A DNA stretch of 63,926 bases, the filler included, from Olpidium bornovanus S191 (Eukaryota > Fungi > Olpidiomycota): the NCBI GenBank assembly GCA_017911155.1. It is 28 parts of 28 records of this genome, joined end to end, with 100 filler letters (N's around TTAATTAATTAA, not from the genome) between each part and the next. Parts side by side here need not be neighbours in the genome. Positions count along the whole stretch, not along the records: positions 10,508 to 12,866 come from JAEFCI010005627.1; positions 12,967 to 14,347 come from JAEFCI010012970.1; positions 14,448 to 16,259 come from JAEFCI010006611.1; positions 16,360 to 19,566 come from JAEFCI010006964.1; positions 19,667 to 22,846 come from JAEFCI010007279.1; 23 more parts are not named here. One strand, 5' to 3'. The first letter of the stretch is position 1. Every line of letters starts with the position of its first letter. The notes below the pieces were generated by a model, which saw only the letters and a program-made list of their open reading frames with translations, had not been told where the DNA came from and did no database searches. Shown here one piece after another: positions 10,508 through 21,996 of the stretch. The translations under genes were made by a program, and so were the position numbers.

Positions 10508-12866
10508 AGTGCGTGGTGCATCAGCAGCACCCTTACTTTTTCTCCGATTGTTCGATTCACCGGCTCTGCGAGTCCATTTTGGTGTGGGGTGTCCCTGGCA
10601 GAAATCATGTGTCGAATCCCTCTCTGTCTCAGGTAGCCTGACCAAGTGTTTGCCGTGAACTCCCCCCCGCGATCAGATTGGATGATCTTCACTCTGGTGC
10701 CACAAGTGTTCTCCGCTTGTGCCACCTACTCGCGTAACCGTTCTGCGCATTCACTTTTCCGCCGCATTCACTTTTCCGCCGGAAGTATATCTGTAGGAAG
10801 CGGGAGTATTCGTCCAGGAAGGTCAACATGCACTAGGCTTTGCCGAGAGACAACCCCGGGAAAGACATCACGTCCGTGTGGACCTTTCCGAGTCGTTCAG
10901 AGGGCGCTGAGTCTCCTGATCGTGCCCTGGTGTACAGCGTGCGAGCTTTGCCTGAAGGCAAATCTCGCATCCTTCCTCGGTCCTGGTGTGCCCCCATCTC
11001 GCGTGTTCTCTCGTGACGTACGCGGCAGCCCGACTCCGAGTCTCTTGTTTTGCATTCCTTGCGTTCAGGTGGTACAGCCGGCTTCCACAGCTTCCCCCCG
11101 TGGCGATAACCTTCCCTTCCATCCTAAGATCGCATTTCTTCTGGTGAAAGGTGACCGTCACTCCCTTTGCCGTCAGCAAACCGACAGAGAGCAAATTCTT
11201 CGCCATTTCCGGGATGATGAACACGTCGTCGACAGTTGTGGTCCCCCCGGTAGATAGGCGCAGGTGCAAGCGTCCCTTCTCTTTCGCCGTGAGCCTCTCA
11301 TCATTCCCCACCTGCACCATCACGTAGCAGGGTTGCAGGTCCGTGGGATCTTCCCTATCTCTGGTGATGTGGTAGCTGTTGCAGCTGTCCAGTAACCAGT
11401 CGTCGTCGTCAGCTGGCATTCTCCTCATGGTCACGAGTGCGTAACCTGGTTCCTCGCCGTTTTCAAGCGCATCCATCTTCCTCGTGAGAAAGGCCCTCCG
11501 GGGTTGGGTTCCTCGGTCGTGTCCGTTTCTGCCGTCGTTGCCGCAGGGGGCCTGGGCACGAGTGCTTACCTGTCTCCTCGCGCAGTCTCGCGCGTAGTGC
11601 CTGTACTCCTGGCACTCGTAGCAGCTCGGGCCCCTCCGTGTGGCAACCGCACGTTGGCTGGTGTCCGCGCGCGGCGTTTGCTTCGGCCCCGACCCCGCCT
11701 GTTCTGCCTGTCGCCTCCTGCTCACCACGAGGGCCCGGTCGCCCCCGCCATCGCTCTGCATTCGCCTGCCATCCGCTTTCCGGAGCACGGCGATCGTTTC
11801 CCCAAGCGAGGGGCAGATCCATTTGCCGGTCTCGTGGTCTCTGCGGGTGCCGCTTTCCAGCGCGTCTATGGCCGTGGCAAGGTACGGCAAACATCCCATG
11901 AGAATCACGTCGCGTGTTTCGCATTCCCAGTCGCCGTCCTCCCCAAGGTCCATCAGTCGCTGCACTTGTGTCTTTACGCGTGCGACGAACTGGTCAAAAG
12001 TCTCCTCTGCTGCCATCTCGCTGTTGTACAAAGCCCTTTTGAGATGACCCCCACCTCCTCGAAGTGCATGGTGAGCGCCTCCCATGCCTCCTTGGCTGAA
12101 TCCGTGCCTCGCAGAAGGTACTTGTATAGGCTTCCCACGTGGAGGTAAATCTCTGCATAAGCTTCCCCGTCGTCCTTCTCCCATTCCCTCAGCTGTCCAG
12201 CTTCCGTCAATCGTTTCTCTCGGCCCTGAGCATATGACCACTGCCTCTTCTGCAGTAGTACTGCCCTCATATCCTCCTTCCATGTCGCCCAATTCCCCTC
12301 CTCGAGTGGGAGAACGGCGAGGCGCGAGGACCGGGTTCCCTGCATGGTGAGACGGGAAGCAGAGGGGCAGAAGTGAATTCACGGGGCGTAAACGTGGAAA
12401 GGGAGGAAGAAGGGTGGACGAGAATAATCACTTGCCAGCGGCCCCGCTCCCTTCACGAAGGGTGGCGGGGTTCTTCTGGGCTTGACATTGGGAACCTTCT
12501 CTGTTGGCTCCTCCTACGCCGCGGCACAAATGCACAACGACGGCTCCCGCGGCAGCGGCGGCGCGGCTCGGCTCGTCTACGGCGGCGGCGCGGCGGCGCA
12601 GCTTGGCTACGGCGGCGGTGGGGCGGCGCGGCTCGGCTACGGCAGCGGCGCGGCGTTCCTCCGTGCGGGCGCGGCGGCGATGGCGCTCCTCTGACGTGGG
12701 CGCGGCGCCCCTCTGCTGCGGGCGCGGCGCTCCTCTGACGCGGGTGCGGCGCTCTGCGGCTCTTTCGCGGCGAGCGTTCACAGGCAGGGCGGTCCCCTTG
12801 GGCTCATCACCTGTTGTTTTTTATTCTTTGTTGTTGGAGCAGCGGGGGGGGGCAGAACAAAACATG
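10508..12866 (-). mobile_element. Ty1/copia LTR retrotransposon, 5' part: LTR end, PBS, gag, CCHC knuckle, protease, integrase; frameshifted
   Basis: Gag LEEGNWATWKEDMRAVL..SAKEAWEAL (11974-12345), knuckle CYECQEYRHYARDC, protease DWLLDSCNSYHIT..VFIIPEMAKNLLSV and integrase IQSDRGGEF..TPHQNGLAE. The LTR end CAACA is at 12812-12816. Confidence 0.93.
12800..12811 (-). promoter_or_regulatory. Primer-binding site GGTGATGAGCCC (copia/Ty5-like, internal tRNA-iMet type)
   Basis: It directly follows the LTR-terminal CAACA on the minus strand and has one mismatch to GGTTATGAGCCC. Confidence 0.75.
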
Positions 12867-13042
12867 NNNNNNNNNNNNNNNNNNNNNNNNNNNNNNNNNN
12901 NNNNNNNNNNTTAATTAATTAANNNNNNNNNNNNNNNNNNNNNNNNNNNNNNNNNNNNNNNNNNNNCCCCCCCCCCCCCATCCCGCCACGCACACGCACG
13001 CCACGCAACACGCAACAACCCCACCCTCGGGGCGCGCGCGCA

Positions 13043-13891
13043 ATGCCCGTGTCGTCCGCCATGCGGATTTCTGCGGCCGCGACCGCCCGCACTGCCGCCG
13101 CCGCAGCAGCAGCGGCAGCCCACGCCGTGCCGACGGTGCCTCCGCCGGGCGCCGCCTCCCGCGCCTCCGCCTTCCGTGTCGTCCGGCCCGCCCCCGCCCC
13201 CGCCCCCGCCGCCCCTTTCTCCCCTTTCTCCGCCAGGCGTGCCAAGTCCACTTGGCGGCCCCCACCGCGCTTCCCGGAGCCTACACCGGCGGGCGGGCGC
13301 CCCGACACCGTCTGCCTGAACAACCTGCGCCCCGACTTTGGAGCCCCCGAGGTGCGCGCGTTCTACTCGAACTGCGGCGAGATCAAGAGCGTCTTTGTCC
13401 GCACCGTGCGGGCGGACGACCGCTGGAACACGCTGGCGTCCGTCCGGTTCGGAACGCCGGCGGCGGCCCAGCGGGCCCGCGAGCTGACCAGGACCAACCC
13501 GTTCCTCGTCGCCAACGGGGAGCGCACGGACGAGGAATCCGCCACTGCCGCAGCCGCCTCGTACGACGACGCCGCGCTGAACCCCGACGCCGTCGTCTTC
13601 GTGAACAAGCTGCCCTCCACCGCGACCGCGTCCGAGGTCGGGGACTACTTCCTCAGGTTCGGCCGCGTCGTCGGCGTGTGTTTCCCGCGGGCCGCTTTGC
13701 CGCACAAGCTCGGGGTGCCCGCGTTTGTGACGTTCCGCACCGCCGACGAGGCCCGGCGCGCCTTAGGCGAGACCAAAGGCGCCGTTTTCGGCAACCAAAG
13801 GATCTCCACGTTTGCGTACCGGCGGCCTGACGCGCTGGGCACATCTAAGCGCAATGCCGCCGCCCCTTGCGCATCCGCACAAGTGCTTTGA
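13043..13891 (+). CDS. RNA-binding protein with two RRM domains
   Basis: A 282-aa open frame. RRM1 is TVCLNNL..VRAFYSNCGEIKSV..ASVRF and RRM2 is VVFVNKLPSTAT..YFLRFGRV..AFVTFRTADEARRAL. The N-terminus is A/R/P-rich. Confidence 0.8.
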   Translation: MPVSSAMRISAAATARTAAAAAAAAAHAVPTVPPPGAASRASAFRVVRPAPAPAPAAPFSPFSARRAKSTWRPPPRFPEPTPAGGRPDTVCLNNLRPDFGAPEVRAFYSNCGEIKSVFVRTVRADDRWNTLASVRFGTPAAAQRARELTRTNPFLVANGERTDEESATAAAASYDDAALNPDAVVFVNKLPSTATASEVGDYFLRFGRVVGVCFPRAALPHKLGVPAFVTFRTADEARRALGETKGAVFGNQRISTFAYRRPDALGTSKRNAAAPCASAQVL

Positions 13892-14469
13892 AATTTATTT
13901 GACGTCGCCCTGGTTTTACAAAAGTATCTGAGCCACGTAACCTGCGGTTGGACATTGCGACGGCTCCGTCTGGGGGGGCCAGAGCTCCTGCGCACCGAGC
14001 GGGGGAGTTACTGCCGTGCGTGCCTCACGCAGCCGCGTGTTTCAGGGGGCTTTTCTTGGAGCTGCAGACGGGCACGGTTAGCCGGCCGGCAGTATGAACC
14101 CCCTTCCCCCGTCCTGCAAGCAAAAGCAGGTCAGAAACATCAATAAAAAGAATCGGTGCAGGAGTTCGGAGCCGGGTGCGCAGGACTAGGACGACGGCGT
14201 GCAGGAGAGACGCCTATGCCGGCAGGCATGCGTGCGTGCACTCGGAGCCGGTGCCCCGAAGGAGTCTGGCGAGTGCAGCGAGTTCAAATGGGCCAGGCGT
14301 AGCGAGCCTGTTGGTATTGCACAGTGGTCACTATTACTGAGAACACANNNNNNNNNNNNNNNNNNNNNNNNNNNNNNNNNNNNNNNNNNNNTTAATTAAT
14401 TAANNNNNNNNNNNNNNNNNNNNNNNNNNNNNNNNNNNNNNNNNNNNACATGTCCCAGTTTGGCCGGTG

Positions 14470-14830
14470 CGGAGGTCCATAATTACTTCGGTAGCGCCTT
14501 CGCAACCATCTCGGCCGTCGTGTCTGCCGTGGCAATCCTACGACATCAATCTCCTTCCGTTCCACGCGCTCGCGGACAAAGTGGTGTTGCACGGCGGTGT
14601 TGTGTGCTTGCTCTTTGTGCGGTTGACTGGATTAGTAGCGAGTAACAGCGCTCCGAGATTGTCCTCGTGCAGTATGGTCCGTTCCGTCGGTGTCAGGCGG
14701 CCGTCCAACTCCGCAGACAGATGTCAGAGCCACATTGCCTTTGCGGCGCCCTCCTCCCGGGCAATGTACTCCGCCTCTGTCATAGAGGTCGCCACCACCT
14801 CCTGACGCCTGCTCCTTTAGCCGACTGCGC
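14470..14830 (-). pseudogene. Decayed copia RNase H
   Basis: RRQEVVATSMTEAEYIA..AMWL*HL..ILHEDNLGAL..KSKH..HHFVRERVERKEI, with a stop and frameshifts. Confidence 0.85.
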
Positions 14831-15155
14831 ACCCCACACGTGACGAACACACGTCCTTTGGCGTCCGCTGGTGGCGCTGCACAACAAAACGTGAAAAGAG
14901 CGAGCGTTTCGGCCGCCTGTTACGCAGCTTTCTTTTGCGTCTTGAAAACAACCAAAACACCGCCCTCTCGCACCCGAAGTTTGCTTGATTTCTGCAGGAG
15001 AAAGAAAAAATGGGAGAGAAAGTCCGCCGCAACCAGGCCGACGGCCCCGAGCGATTTCTGCTCGACGACGAGCGCCAAAAACAAATGTCGCGTTGCGCGT
15101 AGTTTCTTTTTTTCTCAAGAACCAAAAAAAGGGGGGAGGATTTTCGTTTTGCGGG

Positions 15156-15582
15156 ACACGTGCGAGAATAATTGCAGAAAAGGGGAGACGCCTGAAAAAT
15201 TTGCAGAGGGGGGGGACACCACTCGCCACCGCCGCCCGTCACTGTCAGCCACCCTTGGTCACCCTTTGCCATCGCCGCTTATGACACAACCCGCTCATGA
15301 CTTGCGACGCCTGTGGGCTGGACAGCCATCGCAAAGCTGTCCGAAAGGGAAACCGGCGGGAAAAACCTCCGCGGCGGCCGTTCGTCGAAGAAGGTTTGGA
15401 AAAGCACGTGCGACCACCGGCGCCGGTAAAGAGGAAAGCGCGCGCGCTCGTGCGCCGCGTTTCCACCCACCCGGGTTCCCGTGTCGCGGCGCGTTGCGCA
15501 CACAAAAAATTGGATTGATTGACGTTTTCCACGGATTTGGGAACTGCTTTTCCGTACGCACGAGAGAGCCGACAGGGACATG

Positions 15583-15614
<32 letters not shown>

Positions 15615-15837
15615 CGCGTCTCTCTCCGACCCGCGGGAGGGCTTTGCCGTCGGCCCGGCATGTGCAGCTGCTCCTCGGTCCCTTCCAGTTGATTAGCGAC
15701 AAGACTTTCCCCGTTGTCCGGTTTCACGGTGTAAAATTTCGCGGATATGGGAACCTTCCCGGGCTGTGCGTCTGTCGGCGGGCGGGAGGGGCGGTGGCGA
15801 GTGGTGTCCCCCTCTTTGCAATTATTTTCGCATGTGT
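15156..15837. repeat. Inverted repeat pair about 550 bp apart (MITE-like)
   Basis: The left arm 15156-15233 (ACACGTGCGAGAATAATTGCA..GGGGGACACCACTCGCCACCGC) matches the reverse complement of 15791-15837 (ACACATGCGAAAATAATTGCAAAGAGGGGGACACCACTCGCCACCGC). Confidence 0.65.
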
Positions 15838-17052
15838 AAATTCCCCCCCCCCCAAAAAAAAAAAAAAAAATTAAAAAAAGAAAAAAAAAAAATAAAACCC
15901 GCGTCATGCGCATACTCCCGTCGCGGCGCCCACCGCAAAACACGCTTTTGGTCGCGGAGCGCAATCCTACAGTGTGCATGACAGAAAGACGAGCGCAAGG
16001 GACAACGCGATGAAGCCAAAACGACGCTGCAGACAGAAAGCTCCCTTGTTTGCTTTGTTCTGGTAGTTTTGCGTCTTGCGTGGGCGGACTTAGGTGCGCA
16101 GAGCATTTCCGCGACAAGGGGGTGCAGATTTATGGTCGCATGAACGGGGAGCGTAACACTCCTGCAGGTATTTACGAAAGCCCCCGACGCCGGTTGGCTC
16201 TCCCGCCCAATTGTGCCAACGCGTACGCACGGCCGAGTAACTAAGCGCACTCCTTCTCANNNNNNNNNNNNNNNNNNNNNNNNNNNNNNNNNNNNNNNNN
16301 NNNTTAATTAATTAANNNNNNNNNNNNNNNNNNNNNNNNNNNNNNNNNNNNNNNNNNNNGAGGGTGTGTGTGTGATCCAGCGGGGAGAGATCCGGCGGCG
16401 GCGGAGAAGAGATCCGGAGTCGGGACGTCGGAGTCGGTGCGGGCGCGCGAGAAAAAAAAAAAAAAAGAGAAATTAGCATGATTAATGACATAAATAATGT
16501 ATATAATAAATATAATAATTATTATTAAGAAATGGTCGGCTGTCGGCCTCAAAAAGTAGAAGACTTGGCGCCCGGCGCTTTTAATTAGCACCTAATAGCC
16601 GCCCACTTACCTCCAACTTTCGGATTAGGGAGGAAAAAAAAGGTCGGTCCCGGGGCGAGGGGCGGTCGCCTTTTATCCCCGCGCGGGGGGTGGAGGGGGG
16701 AGGTCGGCAGGCGGGGCGGGGCGAGGCGGGGCGGGGAGGGTTGAGAAGAGGAAAAAGGGGGGTGCGTTGCCGAAGCGCGATTTTTTTTTTTTAAATTTGC
16801 GGCAAGAGCGGGGGGGGGAAAGGGGGATTAATAAAGCGCGTCCGTTTTTTTTTTTTTTTTTTTTTCTCTCTCTTTCTCTCTCTCCTCCCTCGGCTTCCCC
16901 CCCCCCTCCCGGGCGACTCTGCACGGCGGGCGTGCGCATTATGCAGGAAAAACGAGAGAAAAGAAAAAAACAATATTTCCCCCCTTTTCGTCCGCCCCCC
17001 TCCTCTCCTCCCGGACCGACCCGACGTTCCCCCCCCCCCCCCCCCCCCCCCG

Positions 17053-17100
<48 letters not shown>

Positions 17101-19041
17101 CCCCCCACACCCCCCCGCGGGTTATGCGCAGAAAAAAGCTCACTGCCGTGCCCTCCGCCGCGGCGACGCAGAGCAAGCGGCGGACGTTCCCCGGGGGCTT
17201 CTGCGCCGCCCAGAAACGCCTGTCTGTGTGTGCGACGCGTTCTGCTTGCTTTAGAGGATTCGCGCGCTGTTAGAGGGGACAACCCGCCCGAACCCTTATT
17301 TCCTACCCGCCGCGCCCACCACCCGTGAGATGCGCAGCCGACTGCGACGCGGTGGGGCCGGAGGCGCCAGTATGAAAGCCTGGAAGCCCTGGCGCATTGC
17401 AACATGGTCACAGGCGGCGTCTTCCCGAGTCGCGTCTCGGAGTCTGCGTTTCTCTCTGTCTTAGCGCGGTCACTTCCACGTGAGGAAAGTGGCTCTTCGC
17501 CGCCCTGCTGCTTGCAGAAAGGAGGTTTGTTCGAGGCGAAAGGAGGGGCACCTGGCTCCCGTGCACCCCTGCTTTCCCCCATCCTCTAAACGCGCGTGTG
17601 TCGCGAAGGTCGAATGTTGGCGCCGGCCGCCCGAGAGCGACTGTCGCGGGGTCGGCCTCCCGCGTCGTCACGGTCTTCACCTCGGGTACCGCGGAGGGAA
17701 CCTCGGGGGCGGTGGCCGCCATCAAGGGATGTACGCTTGTGTGTTGGGGGCGCCCCGGCTGGGCTCGAGCGCCGCCTGTTTTCGCGTCGGAAGAAAGAGG
17801 AGAAGTAGAAAAACGCCCTCCGGCGGCCGCCGCAAAGCGATCCGGCGCTTCTCTTTGACGGAAGACGCTTCTTTTGTTGCGGTCTACGGCGGTGTTTTTC
17901 TCGCGCTTTCTCTCTCTCTCTCCCTCTTTTTTTAAAGCGAGTTCCATCCCGCAAAACGGCCTTGGACCAGTGTCCGCGGTGCGGTCGTCTTTGCACGGAA
18001 CCGCCGCGCGCGGAAGCACTTTCCGGGGGCAGAGCGTGAGCAAGAGCGCGTCGTGGCGCGCCCAGCCGGAGATTAGTCGGGCGCGCGATGCCGCTCCGCG
18101 CCACTTCACCCGCGAGGGCGGCCTAAAGCTGCGCCGCGGCGGTCCCGCCATGTCCGTGAGGCCCGAGGAGAAGCTCCAGGATGCGGAGGACGATGCCAAG
18201 TCGGCCGAAAACAACCAAGGCAGCCGAGACGCAAACTTGGCAAACCAGGAGGAAGGAACGTTCTCTCGACTTCGCGGCGTCCACGGCAAGTCCGACCACC
18301 AACCAGAGTATCTACAAGCTGAGAGAAAACGCGAGGTCGGGGAAGCCGCGCCCGGCGACGAGCGACACTTTTGTCAAGCACCCCCACGTGCGCTTCCTGG
18401 GCAACGTCTTCGGGTGCCCGCAGAACCGGCCAAGTTTGGCATCGGTTGGCGAGTGCCTCCTAAAGGCAGCTGTCAGACGTCCGGAAGGTAACTCGCGGCG
18501 CGGTAGACTAGCAGTCGCGGTAGGCCAGCAGCATTCCCTCAACGGCATCCCCCACCAGCTCCCGGCCGCGCCAAAAAATATCGCACTTGACTTTACCTTC
18601 GGCATTCTGGCCACTGCTGAGACCCCGCATTCTTCTTTGGTGTTTGGTAAAGTCCCGATGATAAGCATCCTGCAGAAACACACGTAAAACCGTCCTTAAA
18701 AAAATCCACAAAAACCTTCGTAGAATTTCCTTTCTTTGCGGAAAGCATCGATGCCACGCGACCGGAGGGTGGCCGAAGGCATTACCCAGAGGGTGACTGG
18801 CGGTCTGCCATTGAGGGAGGAAGGTGAGTGGTGGAAGTGCTTTGACACGGGGTAACGGCGGAGGTGGTAGAAAAATGACGCGCGCTTTGGGATCAACGAA
18901 TATTGCAGGATATTAGGTGGATGTGATAAAAAAAAAATTATACTACATTCGATGAGGCTCGTGACGCACAACCCTTGTGTGGGACCGGGCTTGAAAAAGC
19001 GCAGTTGGAGAAAATTTAATTTTGGAGTGTCGCACTTCGGT

Positions 19042-19566
19042 TTACAGCTTCGATTGGGTGCCTTCGCTTTTGATTCCGATCGCCTCGTAGACGCTAACAG
19101 GCCGTGTCTTGCCCTTCAGCTGGTGCTGGCGACGTAGCGCGTCTCGATCCTATTTTGGACGAGCACGAACGTCGACTCGCTGATGAGCACCTGGTCCTCA
19201 TGGGCCAGGCCGCAGGTGCGCGGACGAGGTGTTCACCGTGTCGCCGATGACGGCGTACTCGAGCCGCTGGGAGGAGCCGGCGAAACCCGAGACGAGCATG
19301 CCGGTGTTGAAGCCGATGCCGACGGAGATCGGCTCCTTCCCGTACCGGACGCGCTCGTCGTTCACGCGGCGGACGGCCTCTTTGAACTCGAGCGCTGCGG
19401 CGACGCTCCTGAACTCGGAGTCCTCGTCGTCCAACGTCCCGAACACATGAGCGCGTCACCGATGTGCTTGTCGACGATGCCGTTGTAGTGCGAAGACGAT
19501 CTTCACCAGGCGCTCGAAGAAGTCGTTGAGCAGGTCGAAGGCCTCCGATGGCGTGGAGCGCTCCGA
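19042..19566 (-). pseudogene. Class III adenylyl/guanylyl cyclase catalytic domain (bacterial-like), 5'-truncated, about 4 frameshifts
   Basis: Reconstructed translation: LLNDFFERLVKIVF..NGIVDKHIGDALMC.FG..AALEF..VGIGFNTGMLVSGFAGSSQRLEYAVIGDTVNTSSR.C..DQVLISEST..LKGKTRPVSVYE. The stop TAA is at 19042-19044. It could be a pseudogene or carry assembly errors. Confidence 0.8.
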
Positions 19567-19699
19567 NNNNNNNNNNNNNNNNNNNNNNNNNNNNNNNNNN
19601 NNNNNNNNNNTTAATTAATTAANNNNNNNNNNNNNNNNNNNNNNNNNNNNNNNNNNNNNNNNNNNNATCGTTCGTTGGCTCTTATGGTCGCGATTCGTC

Positions 19700-20130
19700 A
19701 ATTGTGACGTAGCACCGCTCGATGGTCATATCGGAGGTCGGGTCCCAAAGGCGGAATGCATTGCTGGTTCCTGAGTGCCTGATCATGATCGTTCTTCAAG
19801 CCGTGGGTGCGTGGTTTCTGAGATCTCGTCGGTTCTTTGCTACATGAGCGTATGCAACGCTTCCGACAATGAGAATGTAGTCCAGGTTGATGGTCTCGCC
19901 ATGGAGTTACGCGAGGGGTGGCAGGCCTCCATCTAGGTGTTGGTGCAGCGATTGATTGTAGAGATTGCATGGTTGTCCTCCGTACTTTGCCCCATAGTTT
20001 GGCCTGGAGTTGAGCAGTGATCATGATGGCTCGGGATGCGCTTAGCCACCCCGTTCTGCTCGGGGTGACGGCAATCTCGCATCGGATGTCGCGTTGACGT
20101 AATTCTGCGGCATATCATTCCTCAAGGAAT
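19700..20130 (-). pseudogene. Highly decayed copia integrase
   Basis: HPEQNGVAKRI..TAQLQAKLWGK.. resembles TPEQNGVAER..LP..LWGEA. There are many stops. Confidence 0.5.
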
Positions 20131-21996
20131 TCTCCCCCTCGTTCGGATCGATGGATCTTGATCCGTCTGCAAAGCGTCCCCTCGACAAATCCTGCAGGGC
20201 AACGTATGTCTCGTTTTTGGTCGCGAGGCAATACGTCTGTGCATGGCACGTTTCGTTTTTGTCGTTCGCTCGCGTTTTGCTTTTCTGTTCGCCCGCGACG
20301 TTTGGGAAGTGCCGGAACGTTTTGCAGAAGATGAAGTGGGTTCCCGTTTCAGGGCGCGCGTCGTTCTGAAACTCCGCCCCCCCCCCCCCCCCACACCGGC
20401 CCGCGCGTCTCTGGCGTCAGAGACTTTTGACCGGCCGCGTCCTTCAAAATATACATTCCAAGTATTTCACCAAAAATCACACCGTCTCCATGAGGGCGAG
20501 GATCTCTGCGTGGTTGGAGGACGTGGCCGTTGAAAAACGGCGGCTCTATTACGCAGAAAAACGTATCTTGCCTGCAACATGGCTTCGTGCCAACCAGAAA
20601 GATAGCCGGCATCCGCATATCCGACCAACAGCATCCAACGGAACAACGGCACCGCCTCGCTCCTTTCCGGTCTCGGAGAGCTGACAGGGGGAAGGAGGGA
20701 GGGCCGGGCGGGAGGCATACGCCAAGCATCCAACCAATGTACTGATCAAACAATTGGTTGATCGCGGCACCAATAGTATTTTGGCAGATGTCTGAACTCC
20801 CGAAAGGGCCCGTGGTCAGTACAGTCTCCTGGCCGGTGTCCCTACCTGTCTGTTAACCTCGACTACCGCATCGGCCGCGCCCTCGAGTGTTTTAGCAAGA
20901 ACCGAGCTTAGCGTTTGGTCAATCATCTGCAAAGAGAACTTGTGCATCAAAGTGTTCTATTACGAACCGTGTGTGGTTTTTTTATGAGGAAGCAAACGCG
21001 CGAAAAAACTGTTGGCAGAAAAATCGAAGCACAACGCAAACAAACGATTGATTCAATTGTATGCAGATAACCGAGAGGAACGGCAGCTCGGCTCGGCTGT
21101 GAACGGATCTGATGGGCCCCTCCCACGGTGACTCAGAAGCTTTCTGTAACAAGCGCAGTCAAAGCTGCAAATACCTCGAGGCAGACCCTGGCACTATCCC
21201 CGAGAGATCGAAGCTTACCGAGGTCCAGCAAATGTCACACGCGAGTTTTAATTTGGGCGGAGAGGCCGGTCTCCCCTCCGCGCCGGGCTGGCCGTGACGC
21301 CCAATTCTGTCGTCTTTTCCCCGCTTCCCCCGCAGAGAAAACCCCCGATCCTCGCCCGCGCCGTCAGTGAAAGGTGCGCTGCCACGCCCCCAATCAAAAC
21401 GCGGCAGCGCCCCGGCCCCGCCCCCGCCCCCCCCCGCCGTCCCGGTCTGCCGGCGCGATGCGAAAGAGCATGTGCGAAAGAGCAGTTGCGCGTCGCGGCC
21501 GCCGCCAGACACGCTCCGTCCGCTCGGCTGTCGGCGGAAGAAACAGCTTTGTGCAGAACTCCGTCGCAGATCGCACGAGAAAACCCCCCCGCCCGCGAGT
21601 TGAACGGCAGCGGACCGTTCTCATCGTCATCGTTATTCCGTTTTCGCCGTGCCAAACACAGGCCTGCGTCAAGCACCGCGCGGGGGAGAGACAAAAAAAA
21701 AAAAAAGAAAGACGGAGGCGCCGGACATTGTTTGGTCGACAGCCGACCCCAGGCTGGCCCGCGCTACAGACTCGTCAAGAGGCGACAGCCGGAAGCACAA
21801 ACGAAATTCCGACGGCTGGGCTCCGTTGGTTCTGCGCCACGCTTCGGGGTCGCGTATGGTCGGAGCGCTTTCTCGGTTACAATAAGGCCCGCCGGGAGGC
21901 TCTTGCGGTTGGCTGCGTCCCGCCCCTGCCGGCACGCCGCACAACGGTTGGGAATCCAGCGCACGCACGCAGCAGCAAGGGGAAAGGCGCGGCGTC

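Noticed and set aside
20400-20800. Coding-like stretch RARISAWLEDVAVEKRRLYYAEKRILP
   Set aside because: I do not recognise a family and there is no supported exon structure.
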